This document shows positions 16,301-31,342 of a stretch of 64,000 bases of DNA, piece by piece. Every line of letters starts with the position of its first letter. The stretch's first letter is position 1. The stretch is from Octopus vulgaris (taxonomy: Eukaryota): the NCBI GenBank assembly GCA_951406725.2, contig OX597836.1:38006001-38070000 (forward strand), read 5' to 3'. The position numbers and the translations under genes were made by a program. Under the pieces are notes generated by a model that saw only the letters and a list, made by a program, of their open reading frames with translations, was not told where the DNA came from and made no database searches.

Positions 16301-19300
16301 ATTTTTCTTTCATTTAAAATCTATAAGCCCTTCTTCATAAATTTGCAAATACAGTTAAAAGAACCAACAAATTAGATGTATATGAATTTGATGTATATAT
16401 GTGTGTGTATGTGTTTGTGTATATGCACACACACACACAGAGACACACACACGCATACACACCCTATTCTGTTTCTTATTACTCTGCAGAAATGTATATA
16501 TTTTCAAACCACAAAAGTATATATTTGTTCACAAGCATTTAAGTGATTAAGATAATATAGTTTTTAAAGGGAATTGTCTCAGTTCATTCTTTTTGTACCA
16601 TTCTCAGTCCAGTAACTATTTTTGTTGCAAAATAATGTCATTATTTTCTTTCAGATGTATTTTTCCACAGCCTGTATTATAATTACTTAATTGTTTCATT
16701 AGAATTCAACTGGATGTCAGACTGAATTTTACAATCTGATATTCTTAAATTTATTTGAAAAACCAAACAAAATTACTTTTTGCACTAAATAGATTTTTGC
16801 ATGTATTTATTGAATGCTGCTTATATTTTGCATGTGCATTCAAAGCACTTGTTGAATATTCAAACTGTCTTTTTTTAGATATATAAAGTCAACTACATAC
16901 TATACCAATTCTAAGACGCGGGACACAACAAAGTCCATCAATGTGAATTTTATAAATATACTTTGAAATGTTTTCTTCTAAATATATAGGAAAATGCATT
17001 TAGAAGAACATTTTCAAGTGAATTTAATGACTTTAATAGAACCAAATTTCCTATATCTATCTGTGATACACTTCATGAATAACTTAATTTATATTCCATT
17101 TAAATTCTGATGTGTAGTGATTTTTCAGTTTTCTAATGGCTTTATCAGGAGTGGAAGGATAATACCCATGACTCTTCTCAGGGCTTTTTGACTCTTAGGA
17201 AATAGAGAAGTTATCCTCAGATCAGAGACCTGGTTTGCTTCAGACTGGAATCTGCTGAAGTTAGCCAAGTGTCAGGTGCTGTGTTAAATCAGGTGATAGA
17301 TTAAGCCTACCACTTGAGTCATTGTTAAACCTTGCATTAACCCTAATCAAATGGTTAGGACTGTGTTTGTGTGCAAGAGACTTTATTTAATGTGTAATTT
17401 TCTTAAGATAATAGGGTATGATTTTCAAGAGAGGTAGATGCTATTTCTTGTAAGCTGATTAATCATTAGCAGGTTGTTTTGACTATCAATGAAATAATTT
17501 CATCCCACTGCTCTACTAAAAGACCCATTTAGATTGATATGAATGTCATCCAATTTAACAAGTAGCTACTGTTTAGTTAACTACTTATTATATTTCTGTC
17601 AGACATTAATGAGGTTGCAGTGACAAGTTCACTTGAAATAAACTCTTTAACTGATTATGAAATAGATAATTAAATAATTTAAATAGGAAAGATTAAATGG
17701 TTATTTATCCAGTAATGTTCTATATGCAGTTACATATTTCTGTCTAGATTAATATACATTACAACATATAAAAAAAATAATGGATAAAAGAAAGTAAATA
17801 GTAAATATATACTTATATAACCTACACATGAGTGAAGAGGGTATTAAATTTGTGGGAGAGGAACATTCAATTCAGTATATTATTTTAATAATCTTTAAGG
17901 GTTTGGTGTGTGGACATTCAAATGAATATGGAACTAGAAATTTTGAGATTTTTAGGTTACTGAGGAGAACAAATGTAGAGCTGTATAAAGGGTTGGCTTT
18001 ATAAAGTTGTTGAACTCTTTGTATCATTATTTATTTCTTGTACTTCATTGTATTGTTGAATTATAATGGTCCATTAACAAATTTCTCAGTAATAGCTAGT
18101 TTGGCTATAATATTTTTTTATACTATTCTTTAATTTTTAAATTCTGTTGCTGTTTTATATTACTTTCTCAATCTTCTCAGAAATCAGAGATTTTCATGAA
18201 ATGCAGTTAGTCTACTACAAAGATCATAAAAATATAACTATTGCATAAAATATAACTATTGAATTTCGATGAATCCTGGTGATAGTATGTAATGATTAGT
18301 GTTGTTTACAATGTGGTTTGAATGTAGTTTTTATCTATTGTTGATTTTTACTTGTTATATCATTGTCCAGGAAGTTTGAATGTAAGTTTTCCCAGGAAGT
18401 TTGTATATAAGTAAGTAAATATATATGAAAATACTTAGGTATTTTCAAATATAGTTACAAGATATCAATTTCTGGGTGCTGAATCCCTATCTCAGAGCCT
18501 AAATTTGTGTTCCATTTATCTCTGTAACCAGCAAGCTGCACAACTACCATTGGAAAATGCATTCTGAAATATGCCTTCATCTCCTCCATTGGTGTAATGA
18601 AAGTAACATTATCCTGTTGACTGATGTACACACTTTTTAGTCTCATTGCTCATCCTGATAAAAATTTCTTCAGGAAAAAGCTGAGAAAAAAAAATCCAAA
18701 AGTGTTTGTTTCTAAATTCAAAGGTTTTGTAAGGACCACATCATTAATTCCAATCAGAATCACTTAGATCACTGATGTATACAGATGGCATTGAAATATC
18801 ACTGATTATTTTTCCATATCCCAGTTCTTTTTCTCTAATCAAATAATTAATAAGAAATTAATCATTAGTAAATAATATCAGTGAATTCTAACTCACCACT
18901 TATAAATCAGTGAAAATCTGAAGAAATTCACTCAGTATACAATGAAAATCAACACATATAGTGTAAACAGGAGGTATTTTGATAACAAGATTATTCTAAA
19001 ATGTGGTTAAGCTTTGTTTCTCACAGACAAGAATGCTGAGTTCCTATTTATTGACCCTAAACAATGACATTTCTTGAATTGCACTTATGTGTGGTTTAGG
19101 ACTCAGTGACAATTAAATATGATAATAATGAAATTATTATGTATAGTGTTCAGGTGCACTACAACTCAACAAAGGTGCATGTACAGCACATAGAATTATG
19201 TACGAAAGTCAGAAAAGTGAACACTGTATGAATCATGATATACATGTGTGTATTCGTATGGAGAGGGTGGATATTAGATGTAGTGTTGGCGAATTTCAGG

Positions 19301-22300
19301 AAGCATAGAGGTTTTAAAGGATGCAATGTCTTGGCAACAAACAACCGATGCAAGTAGTTTGTTCCATGCTTCAGCAATTCTGAATGTGAAAAAATGTTTC
19401 TGAAAGTCATGGGAACTGTGCTGTTTTCTGACTTTGTAGGCATGTCCACATGTGTTAGACATATGGAGATAAAAAAGGTGCTCAAGGTGGTTGATGGCAT
19501 GATGGTTAGTAATTTTATGGGTGTTTATCAAGTCAGTTGCCAGATGTTGAAGCTTCACTGTATCTATAACCAGGGAAGCAAGGCATTCAGAGTACGGTAG
19601 ATACCTGATGGAGGGTATTCACTTAGTTGCATTTCTCTGAACAGTTTCCAGGAGGTCAATGTCCTGAGCGAGACAGGGATTCCATTGCAAAGGTTGTATC
19701 TGACTCTCCTAATTTTTCTTAATAATTTCATCAGTACTAGTCATAAGTAACAAAGTGTTCTTCAGAATGTATTGTTCCACAAGAACATCTTTATAATATT
19801 TTAATGTATTTTCCTGGTGTTTGTTATTCTCATGAGTTGGTTGTGAAATCATCAGTTCTGTGCCATTAGTTTTAAAGCATCTCTTTATTCTGCTTTTCAT
19901 TCATGTTCTTCTGTTCTGTTTGTAGTTTCATAGCATTTATATATATTGGTATGTATGTAGTTAAATTAGATGTGCACAATTTATGTTTGTGAATGTCTTT
20001 TATTTCATATACTTTTATACTGTTTAGTGATAGGCTCAGTTCTCATTCACACATTAAAATGGAATACAGTGTAACCAGAGATAACTGTATTTCAATTTTT
20101 TGTTTTCAAACATACATAACTAAATGTAGTGTATGAAGTGATGTGCATAAAATATAAGTTTATAATTCTCAATTTTTTACCTTTTCACACTTTATATTTG
20201 CATATCAAAAATAAGTAGAAACTAGAAAATATTGTTCTGACTTTGATGAAAATGCTAAGACTATTTAATATTATCTGCCTTAACTGGCATTGCTCTGTGG
20301 TTAAGAAGTCTGCTTTGCAACCACTTGATTTTACGTTTGGTCCCACTGTATGGCACATTAGTCAAGTGTCTTTTACTATAATCCTGGTGTAACCGATGCC
20401 TTGTGAGTCAATTTGGTAGATAGAAACTATACAAGTTCTCCATGTGTGTGTGTGTGTGCATGAATGTTTATGTTCTGGATGAGCTGAGACACAGGCAGTA
20501 TCTTTTGTTAATTATATGTCAGTTGATCATCTACTACCTCTGTACTACATTTGAAGACAAGTGGAAATCCCTTACCTGAAAAACAAGTATGGGTTAGTGG
20601 AAATCCCTTACCCAAAAAACAGGCATGGCAGGAAGAGCATCTTGTTGTAAAAGAATTCATCAATAATATACATTTATCTAAGCTCTATAAAGTGGACATG
20701 AAATAAATGAACAAATATTCTCTACCAGTTACTGTCAAACTACTTTTATTATTTTACATCTTTTAATCGACACTATCTAATTAAAAAATTAATATAATCT
20801 GGATGATTTCATGTAATACACTGAATAGTTTCCCAAAATATACTGGTTAGTTGCATAAAATAGTGCCTTGATTTATTGTTGTAAGTGAATGTAGTCATTA
20901 GATAATAATCTGGATGTGAAATTGCATGCATCTGTTTAGTTTAGATTTAGTTTTACAATGTTAATAGAACATTGCAACACAGAAATAGTGTATTTCTTTC
21001 TGTAATACAAGTTGTTATTTATCCCTTAGAAAAACAATCTATAAATATGTCTACAAATACATTTATCGTTTTGTTTCCAGTTGATAAATGCATTAATAGC
21101 TGTCTGAGATATACAAATAGAATTAATGAAAATATTATTTCACATAAGAAATAATACTCTTGCTACTTTGTAAACAATTAAAGTTTATGTAATAATTTAC
21201 TCTTCAGAATTTGAAGTCCTTATTAAATTCTAATAGATGTTGCTTCTCTAAATGATTGATAGGAAGAAACAATATATTTTGCAAAGTAGAAAAATAACAA
21301 GCAGTATCTTCTCTAGAAGTAATAATGATAATATCATTTTAAAGCTTTTTATTCCAGAATGTCAATCATTAAAAGCTGATATTATATTTGTTGTTGGAAC
21401 ATCTTTGAAAGCTACAGCACTAGATTTCCAGCACTTGATGAATTTTATGAAAGAAATTTTGAAATATTTTGAGATTGATTCAGGTAAAGTGAGGATAGGA
21501 TTATTGATGTATTCTTCAAAACAACTTGTACGGTTTGATTTAAAAAGCTTTCAAACAAAAGCTGCCATATACAGATCAATTAGTAATGTAACTTTTGTAC
21601 GAAGTGAGCCTTTTGTGTCGAAAGCTTTCAACATTATAAAAAAAAAGATGTTTTCACTTGAAAATGGAGACCGTCCAGATGTAGATAACATTGTAATTTT
21701 TCTAACTGATAAAATTTTCAAAAGAGGTATGAAAAAGATTCTTCAAAAGAATAGAGGTACAAAAGCTACCAGTTATAATTTATATGCTGCTGGGCTTGGA
21801 ATTAATGGATTAAAGCAGATTGCAATAAATACCACTATCTTCAAAACTAAAAGTACTCAACATTTGGGACAAAATCTACCAAATATTATCGCGTCAATAT
21901 GCCCAGGTGAGTTATATTAATTTTTATTCTCATTCTGTCATAATTAGGTTGAATGAAGAAATTTAGTTATTTAATATTTCATTCAATTTTACTTTTAGAT
22001 CTTTGGTACTGTCATAATTATTATTAAAATAATGTAGTTTTTATTTTTGTTTACTGATAACACCTGACACATTTTGTAAAATAGTATAAAACTAATTAAT
22101 AATAGGGAAAATTTCCTACCTTTCAGTAAAGGCCAATAAAACAGTGGGTCAATTACCTTGTGTATCCATTCTCTTATCAAAGTTTTGCTCATTAACATTA
22201 TGAACCATAAATAATGAAAAAGGTTGAAAAAGAAACGGTTTACTAATGATGCAACTTTGACTGTTTTATATGCAGTTGTTATAAGATTTCATCAAAGAAA

Positions 22301-25300
22301 TTAAGACATAACATTTGTAGTGAGTGTGAGGATTTATTATTCATGGTCAGTGAAACTGGTGTTGTGGATTTGTTTCCTTGATTAGTGATTCTGTGTTGTT
22401 CAGTCAAAATTATCTTGTTCCCATTGTAGTATAGTTTTAAGTCTTTATTTTTATGAAAATGTACATCTGCCAAGTGGTTTTAAGAATTCATATGGACAAG
22501 AGAGTAAAAATATTAAGCTTGTTAAGTGAAAGGTTACAGTAAAGAAAGAAGAAAATGTTAATGGAATAACTGATCTGTAAGATACACTCATTTTGACAGA
22601 TTAAAGAAAGCACTGTCAACATTGCTAAAATAACAAAATCTGATTGGAACCTTTCAATCTATATTGCTGTTTTTTTTAGACCTGTCAGTAAAAGCAACAA
22701 CTTAGGAAAAGGGATGATTATGAAGTATTCTCTAATGAAAGTCCAATCAGCATTGCATGAAAGAGAAAGAGATTTGGGCTGGTAATGTTAGTGCTTATTT
22801 AAATTTGAAATAATAATTAAAATGAACTCTAATTTTATAAGTAGATCAGTGATGTTTCTTGAAAACATTTGTGTGTGTTTCCATGTCTTAAGATCCATAC
22901 CAATTACACAAACTTTTGTCAGAGTTAGCAACCAGTTTAGGAGCTCTTAGTTTTGGAATGATGGTTGGTATAGCATCTGGGCTAATCACCATGCAGAACA
23001 TATGTGACTAAAGAAGCTTTTACATTGAGTAATGATTTTTACATTGCAATAGGGATTAATGTTGAGAAGAAATGGCTTAAAATGGGAAATGATTTGTTGT
23101 TTGAGTATAAAATGGAGTGGAAGAGGTACTTGTAGTGCTTTAGTGTGGAGGACTAACAGTAGCATAAATATTTGGTTTAAGGAATGTTTCACTGGGCATC
23201 TTTTTTGGAAAGAACAAAAAATCTGATCATGATTGTGAGGAAAAAGACAGCTTATAAGCTAAGCAATAGAATTTTGTGTACAAAACAGGAAATTTATATT
23301 GGTATTGCATGTCATCTTGGCGAATTGTCTTTGACCCCAGGTTGATCAAAACTTTCTAAATGAAATTTGATAGATAGGAACTGTAAAGAATCCCATTACA
23401 GGGGCTGTTAGGGATTTTTGGTGGTAGACTTAATCTATCACTGAGTTTAATGTCATTGCCTGACTCTTGTCAGGCAATATTTAGTACATTCTTTTGCCAA
23501 TTTTGAGGTTGGGACTCTAGTCTTAGTGGCCCTGCAAAAGGTTATAGGTATTGCTCTTCTTACTAAGCCATAAAGAATTTTCTTTTTATGAACAGTTGCT
23601 TATGGTTTGCTAGACATAGACTTTATGTAAGATATGAAGATCTTTATCTTTGCTGTAGTGGAATGTAGGAAATCACATTTGCATCAAAAAGTAGTTGACA
23701 CAGTTACCAGAGCTATAACTGATGAATGAATTTTGAATATTTGAAGACTAGCAGTATCGCCCGGCGTTGCTCGGGTTTGTAAGGGAAATAACTATATAAG
23801 CATTTTTAGAGAGTTATAGCCAAAAAATAGCAAAAAAATGCATTAAAAATTGAAAAAAAATTAAGGTAAATTTTTCTTTAAATCGTTGACACATCGTAGA
23901 TATTTTTAGAGAGTTACTTCCCTTATATAAAAGCGAAAAAAATGCATTAAAATGGAAAAATATGATGGTAATTTTTTTTTAAATCGTAGACTCATCGTAG
24001 ACGCGCGCTAATACCCAGAAGGGCTCGTTTGTTATTCTGGGTAACTTTCTGTAAAATTATTAAAATTTTGTTCAAACATCGCTATAGAAAATGGGTTATT
24101 AGCTAATATTCAATTGGGTATACAACAAAATTTTACGATAGAATTTGTTATTCTGGGTAACTTTCTGTAAAATTATTAAAATTTTGTTCAAACATCGCTA
24201 TAGAAAATGGGTTATTAGCTAATATTCAATTGGGTATACAACAAAATTTTACAATAGAATTTGTTATTCTGGGTAACTTTCTGATACCCATAATAATATT
24301 TATGGCAAAATAGGCCTTAATTTCATTTAAGATTGTGGGAAATAACAAACTATCCTTTCTTTCGGTTTGTTTACGTTTAGCGTAATGATTTCAAATAGGC
24401 TCATTCGAAAAAGTAAATAGAAATAGTCTAAGGCTTTACTCTTCTGGGAAATTCTGTGGCTTGGTCCAGTTTCTTCAGAAAACTCACCGAAAGAAACAGT
24501 TTTTAAATTTTCACTCCATTCAGGTACCAATTCGTTTTCTTTATCGCTGTCGGATTCACTGTTTTCACTTTAATAGCTGCCAACTTGCAAAACAAAGGAG
24601 GAGAAGGGTGATAGCGTCAGTGAAACAATTCGCTCCCTTTGTGTGTGTGTGCGTTTGCGTGTGGTGTAAACCAGACTAAGAAAAGCATTTGACACACACA
24701 CCAGAATGTGAGTTTTCTGTAAATTTTGCTTAATTGGAGTTTAAATTTTAAAAACTGGACCTGGCATGACGCGATGCATTGTACTCTTAAAAATGCAAGG
24801 TAAATTGTAATTGAAGAAATCCTATATTGTAGATTTGTATAACTCCCAAAGGGAGGCAGATAAAATCTGCCTTTTATAATAAGAGATTTATAAAACAAAG
24901 GTTGTTATGAAGCATATACAATGATGTGAGAAATGTTAGAATCATTAAGATTGATTTTAACATATTTGTGCAGAGATTATGATTTCTATAAGTGTTGAGA
25001 TGAGGTGAAAAATATTTTAAGCTGAAAAATGTTTAAATGTGACTGTGACAAAAAAAAAAAAAAAAAAAAAATTCAGTATTTATTGTTGCAAATTAAATTG
25101 AATATTTAAAATATCTAAAATATTCAATTAGATTGAATATTTAAAAGATTTAACTGGAAGTTTTGCTATACAGAAATTGTTTATAATAGTAACTTCTAAT
25201 AGTGATTTTACTCATTCCACTGTTTAGTATGCTGACACCTGTTGTGTTTACATCAGAATTTAATAAAAAAAATGGTTTTAGATTTTTTGTCACAGTGCCA

Positions 25301-26786
25301 AAATAAATTCGACTAGGTATATAAATGAAGTTGGAATTCATACACCCAAAAATATTTACGTAATTCTTTTTCTTTAACTTTCCTGTTGCATATTTCATAT
25401 TTCAACTTAAATTGTTAAAACAGGAATCTGATGAGATTAAAATTGTATCCTGTTGCAGAGATTATCAATGAAGACACTGGATGACATCTTGAAATCATTT
25501 GGAAAACATAACACTAAATTTAACATGGTATAGGCAAAAATAGTTCAATTAAATTTTAAAGCAATCAGTTTGTTTTTATCTATTTTCATTACCCTAATCA
25601 TTCTTACCTTCTGTTGCAATGAAATTCAGATGAAATAAATGCCTATAATGATAGTTTAAATAACACTAGTAGTGATTATATAATCTTACTTTTTCATGGT
25701 GTCATCTTTAGGATATAACTCTTTTAGCACTCTTATATTTTTGGAAATTGCTTTGCACATGATTTGAGATACTGGAGTTTCATTACAATGCTCGTGCATA
25801 AATGCGTGTGCATGGTATATACATATGTATGTGTGTGTGAATGTGTATGTGTGTATATATATATATATATATTTATATATATGCATTTGTGTATAGATGT
25901 ATACACAAATGTATAAAGATTGAAATTCTGCTGCTGTCAAAAATCCAGGTATCGCATTGTTAAATCCAATGTGTGGGTCTAGCAAAGTGTAAAATCTAAT
26001 CCAAATCAGACAACAAAATGAGTTACAACTTTTTTAATGACTAATTACAACTGTTGCAGTACCATTCTGTTTTTGACACCATTGTATGCTAAATTTACAT
26101 GTGAAAAGTTATGTTTTATTTTTGGCTTTAAACATTTGGGTGGCACTTCATCAGTCTTGCATTAAAAGTGCATTCTCACATTGTGTGTCAGTCAAGCATT
26201 GTATCTGGAGGAAACATGCCCTTTACACTTTGTCTCTTTCTCTCTCTCTGATTTGTTATTACTATTGCTGAGTTGTATCTGTCATTCCACCATTATATTC
26301 ATATTTTACACTTATTGTTTACTCTCAATATAAGCAACGTACAATGCTTGACATGCACAATGCAAAAGCACACTTTTTGATGCAAGTCTGATGAAGTGCC
26401 ATTGTAATATTTAAAAGCCAAAAATATTACGTAACTTTTCACGTGGAATATTTGCATGCAGTGGTGTTAAAAACAGAACGGTAACAAAGCAATTGTCCTT
26501 TAAAGATGACTGTTTCTTTGTATTCCTATTTGGATTGTATGTGTGAATTTTAATAAATATGTGTGTTTGTGTATGTATACACATACATATAATCCTAAAA
26601 AGGAAAAGAAATTCCTTCTTTGTCTTCCTATTTGGGTTATATGTGTGAGTGTGTATGTGTGTATATATACACACACAAACGCACACATATATATTTAAAT
26701 TTATATATACACACACACAATCCCCCAAAAAGAAAATCAAGAAACTGTCTCTTTGTCTTCCTATTCGGGTTATATTTATGAGTGCA

Positions 26787-26818
<32 letters not shown>

Positions 26819-27615
26819 AGGAGGCACAATGGCCCAGTGGTTAGGGCAGTGGACTTGCTGTTGTAGGATCGCAGTTTCAATTTCCAGATCGGGCTTTGTG
26901 AGTGTTTATTGAGCAAAAACACCTAAAGCCCCACGAGGCTCTGGCAGGGGGTGGTGGCAATCCCTGCTGTACTCTTTTGCCACAACTTTCTCTTACTCTT
27001 TCTTCTGTCGGCCTGCTCGCTTAGCCAGCAGGGTGGCGTCATTTGAAGGCTAAAACAATGCAAAGCGCATGGTGACCAACTATCATAAACAACATTTTAT
27101 ACCAATACAATGAAGTCACATTTTCTATATGAGTGTGTACCTTAAAAGACATCCATTTCTCTATATGCTATGAGGAAATACAGTCACTCATTTTCTCTCT
27201 CACATGCACACACACACACACACACACATACATACAAAAAAATGTATGCATATGTAATTATGTATGTGTTTATGAAAGATAATGTGTGAGTGAGACAGCC
27301 AGAGAGAGTGAGTGGGTGCCACTTAATGTACATGCAAAAAAACATATATGACAACACACACCTTCACTCATTTACTCTCTCACGCATGCATACACACATG
27401 TCCATTTCATATACATGTACATATACCTTTCACTTTCTCCTCTCTTTCACTTTCTGCTTTCACTTCAAAGCAAATGTCACCTTTCCACTTTCTGCTCTCT
27501 TCAAAGCATAAAGAAATAAAAAATTTTTATGGAAATTAACGAACAGTCATATGATGCCATATGATTGACCATATAATTGAGTTGACAACTTTCTCGCTTC
27601 AAATGAAAGAATGCC

Positions 27616-27657
<42 letters not shown>

Positions 27658-27864
27658 TTGCCGTGATTGACTGCTAAATCCACAAGTTTTTTTTATCCTC
27701 TCTTATTCTCTTTATTTATTTCCTCATGTTCCTTTCTGTTGAAGAGTGTAGGCTTGAAATGTAAAAGACTTTCTCACCTTCCCGTGCGTCAAACTAATGC
27801 ACCTGCTTGTTATTTATACACCTGTCTCCATCTTTTGTTTTTCTGTAAATTTCAACTATATGTG

Positions 27865-27917
<53 letters not shown>

Positions 27918-30900
27918 CTTAAACAGTGATTTCCAAGATTTGACCAGCTAAACTATCATCCAATGATAGCTCAGCTAACTGAAATTTCAAAATCACTGCC
28001 AAGAACATTCTTGTTTAAGAATAATAAATTTGTACACTACAAAATTATAGAGTAACCCATTGAATTAATGTAAAATTGTTTTATTTTAACTGAACATAAA
28101 AGCAAACATCAGTGGTTAGACCACTGAGTTTACAATTGTGATTTCATGAGTGTGATTCCTGGACCAGGCTGTGTCTTGTGTTCTTAAGCAAGACACTTTA
28201 TTTCATGTTGCTCCAGTTCATTCAGCTGTAAAAAATGAGTCGTGATGTCACTGGTGCCAAGCTGTATTGGCCTTTGCCTTTCCCTTGGACAACATTAGTC
28301 GCACAAAAATAACCTTGTTCAGACTTGTACCTTGGAGGGGAACTTTCTAGGTGTAATCCCTTGATCATTTGTGACCAAAAGAGGCCTTTATATGGATATA
28401 TATGTATATGCATATACCCTGATACAGATATATATTCATATAGTTTACACATACAAGAATACACATATACATAATTTAGTCTTTGAAGGACATTGATGAC
28501 GATGTCTATTCATTTAGTCTAAGAAATATGCTTAATCCATCTTTACCTGAACCTTTTCTTTTTCCTTATTTAGTTTCATGTTCTACATAAATTACCTCTC
28601 TAGAGACAGAAGCCCAATGTATAAGCTAAAAATAAATTTAAAATTTATGAATAAATTTAATTGGAAAATTTAATATAAAGTCAATACAACTTTATTTTTA
28701 AAATGTTGGATTACTCTTCATAATTTCTATTTATATGGTATATAAATAAAAGAAAACCACAATAAGCCCATGTATTATGATATATTTTCAGTTATTTTAT
28801 TAACTTATTTTATGGAACGCTTTAATCGCCCTCATTATTTTTAAGTGAGTTTTTTTTTAATGTGAAACAGTATATATAAAAATAAAAGGTGGTGAGCTGG
28901 TAGAAGCATTAGCATGACAGGTGAAATGCTTAGTGGCATTTCGTCTGTCTTTATGTTCTAAGTTCAAAGTCTGCTGAGGTTGACGTTGCCTTTCATCCTT
29001 TTAGTGTCGATAAATTAAGTACTAGTTGTTTACTGGGGTTGATGTAATCGATTGGGCCCCTCTCCCCCAAAATTTCGGTCCTTGTGCTTATAGTAGAAAA
29101 GTGTACTTTAAAAACAATTTGAGAGTTTATTACGTTTAAGTTGACATAAAATATTTTTTTCCCATTTTCACAGTTGATACTTTTTGTGTAACTGAAATTA
29201 AGCTTATCTAACATGCATCATTTATCACAGCATTAACAACATTCAGCTTTATCTTTTATATCCTAATATGGAAATTTGCTTCATTTTTTTTCTTTGATGA
29301 CACATTTTTTAAATTTCATTAAATGTTCTCATCACTGTACCATTTTTATTTCTTGTATTTTTACAGATTAACATCTTTCTTGTACTGTTTTATTCAATTT
29401 TCTTATTTTTCATGTTAATATGCATGTAAATTGTTTTGCTTCATTTTGTTTCATTTAACTATTTGCTGTCTTCACCATTCCATATCTATTCAAATGAATA
29501 CATTCATTTCTAAAACACATAAACATTTCAAATTAATTCATAAGCTGCAATAACTAGGTTGTATTTTATCATGTAAAACTTGGTAATCAAAATAGTTCTG
29601 TTGCCTACCAATTTAAAACTGCAAATCTTCTAAGATAGAATTTATATCTCTAGACCAAAATGTCCATGTAATTGCAACATAAAACCTGAAAAATTCTTTA
29701 TGTATATGAAAATTATACAACTGTAATCACTATTCAAGAAAAAAAGAAAAGTAAATATCTTCAATTATTGAAATGCAAAAAACCTTTGCGTAACCAAGTC
29801 TTAACTTAGGTTAAAGCCTAAAGTGGCTCCTATAATTGAGGGAAAACAAAAGAGAGAATGGACAGTGATCTTAGAATTGAAATGCTGGTAGAGCAGAGTA
29901 AGGGGTATACACAGAAAGTGTGTGAGAAAGGGGACATGAAATGGAGGATAGGCCAAGTGAAGAGGAATCCTGAGTAAGTCATTGGCAATAAGAGAGTGTA
30001 AAGGTAAGTAGTAATATAAAAGTAAGGGGAGTTGTTGGGTGGTAATAGAGGTAACTTGTGGGAGGGTGAGGTGTGAGTGATAAAGTGGAGTCTTGGCGGG
30101 GGAGATGTTAGGTGATGTTGAGTAAGGTAGGTTTTGTGAAGAACTGTATGTGCATATGTATATATTTATATATATATATGAAAAAGAACAAAAACGCTAC
30201 TTTTTAAAAATTAGGTACATTTAAATTTCTTTATATAAATACATTAAAAAAATGTTTTTGATTTACATGTTTCGGTTGTTTATAAACTTTATCAAAGATA
30301 TGTACTTAAATGAAATACGTAGAGAAAAAAAAATTATTAATAAAATAAACGTTCATAGTGTACTTTTCTTTTTCCTGCAAGAGCACATAGTAATTTCCAT
30401 TAATTTTCATGGCATTGCTAGTAGCAACTTCAGCTGCTGTCTGTTATGATAAATTAAGAAGTGTGGGCAAAACTGTTTTGAAAAGGAGTGGCCGTAGTAG
30501 TCAAATAAGCAGCAGCAACAATAAAGTTACCTCCTCTGAGGTCTTCACAGAAATGGATTTATTCAATCTCTCATCTTTACATGCTCAGGGTGCAAATGGC
30601 AATATATTGGACACACAAAAAACTGCCTATGTTGGAGGATTGCGGTGCACAAATCCCAAGTTAGAAATCCAGAATACAAGAAAATATCTGTCAGTGTACA
30701 CAGACAGATGTGCATCCAATAAATATCCCAAATTCACAACTTTTCCATTATACAAATTCAAAGACAATGCTAGCCAAAATGAATGCATCAGCAAGGACAT
30801 GCATTTCATAAGAAAGTATCGATTGAGTCTAAATTCTTTAATTTGGAATACTGAAACTATATATTATTCATAAGAAATAAAGATGAGAGATTGAATAAAT

Positions 30901-31292
30901 CCATTTCTGTGAAGACCTCAGAGGAGGTAACTTTATTGTTGCTGCTGCTTATTTGACTGCTGTGGCCACCCCTTTTGAAAACAGTTTTGACTACACTACT
31001 AAATTTACCATCACAGCTAGCAATGCCATGAAAATTAATGGCAATTACTATGTGCTCTTGCAAGAAAAAGAAAAGTACACTATGAACGTTTATTTTATTA
31101 ATAATTTTTTTTCTCTACGTATTTCATTTAATTACATATTTTAATTGGGTTTATAAACAACCGAAACATGTAAAACAAAAACATTTTTTTAATGTATTTA
31201 TATAAAGAAATTTAAATGTACCTAATTTTAAAAAAGTAGCATTTTTGTTCTTTTTCATTAATCTACTTACTCGTGTGTTACCTCTACATTTT

Positions 31293-31342
<50 letters not shown>

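Noticed and set aside
16879-16945. Possible Thr-rich micro-exon after ttttttag ([21 protein letters not shown])
   Set aside because: Open only in phase 2; phase 1 hits TAA immediately, and there is no strong donor, so it is incompatible with the phase-1 gene
24028-24283. CRISPR-like regular repeats (also considered for the 1.85-kb array)
   Set aside because: Whole-unit tandem repeats without unique spacers; eukaryotic context and no cas genes
30409-30873. 154-aa ORF inside the fold-back element as a transposase
   Set aside because: No recognisable transposase or other motif; it spans arm and spacer and is probably a chance ORF
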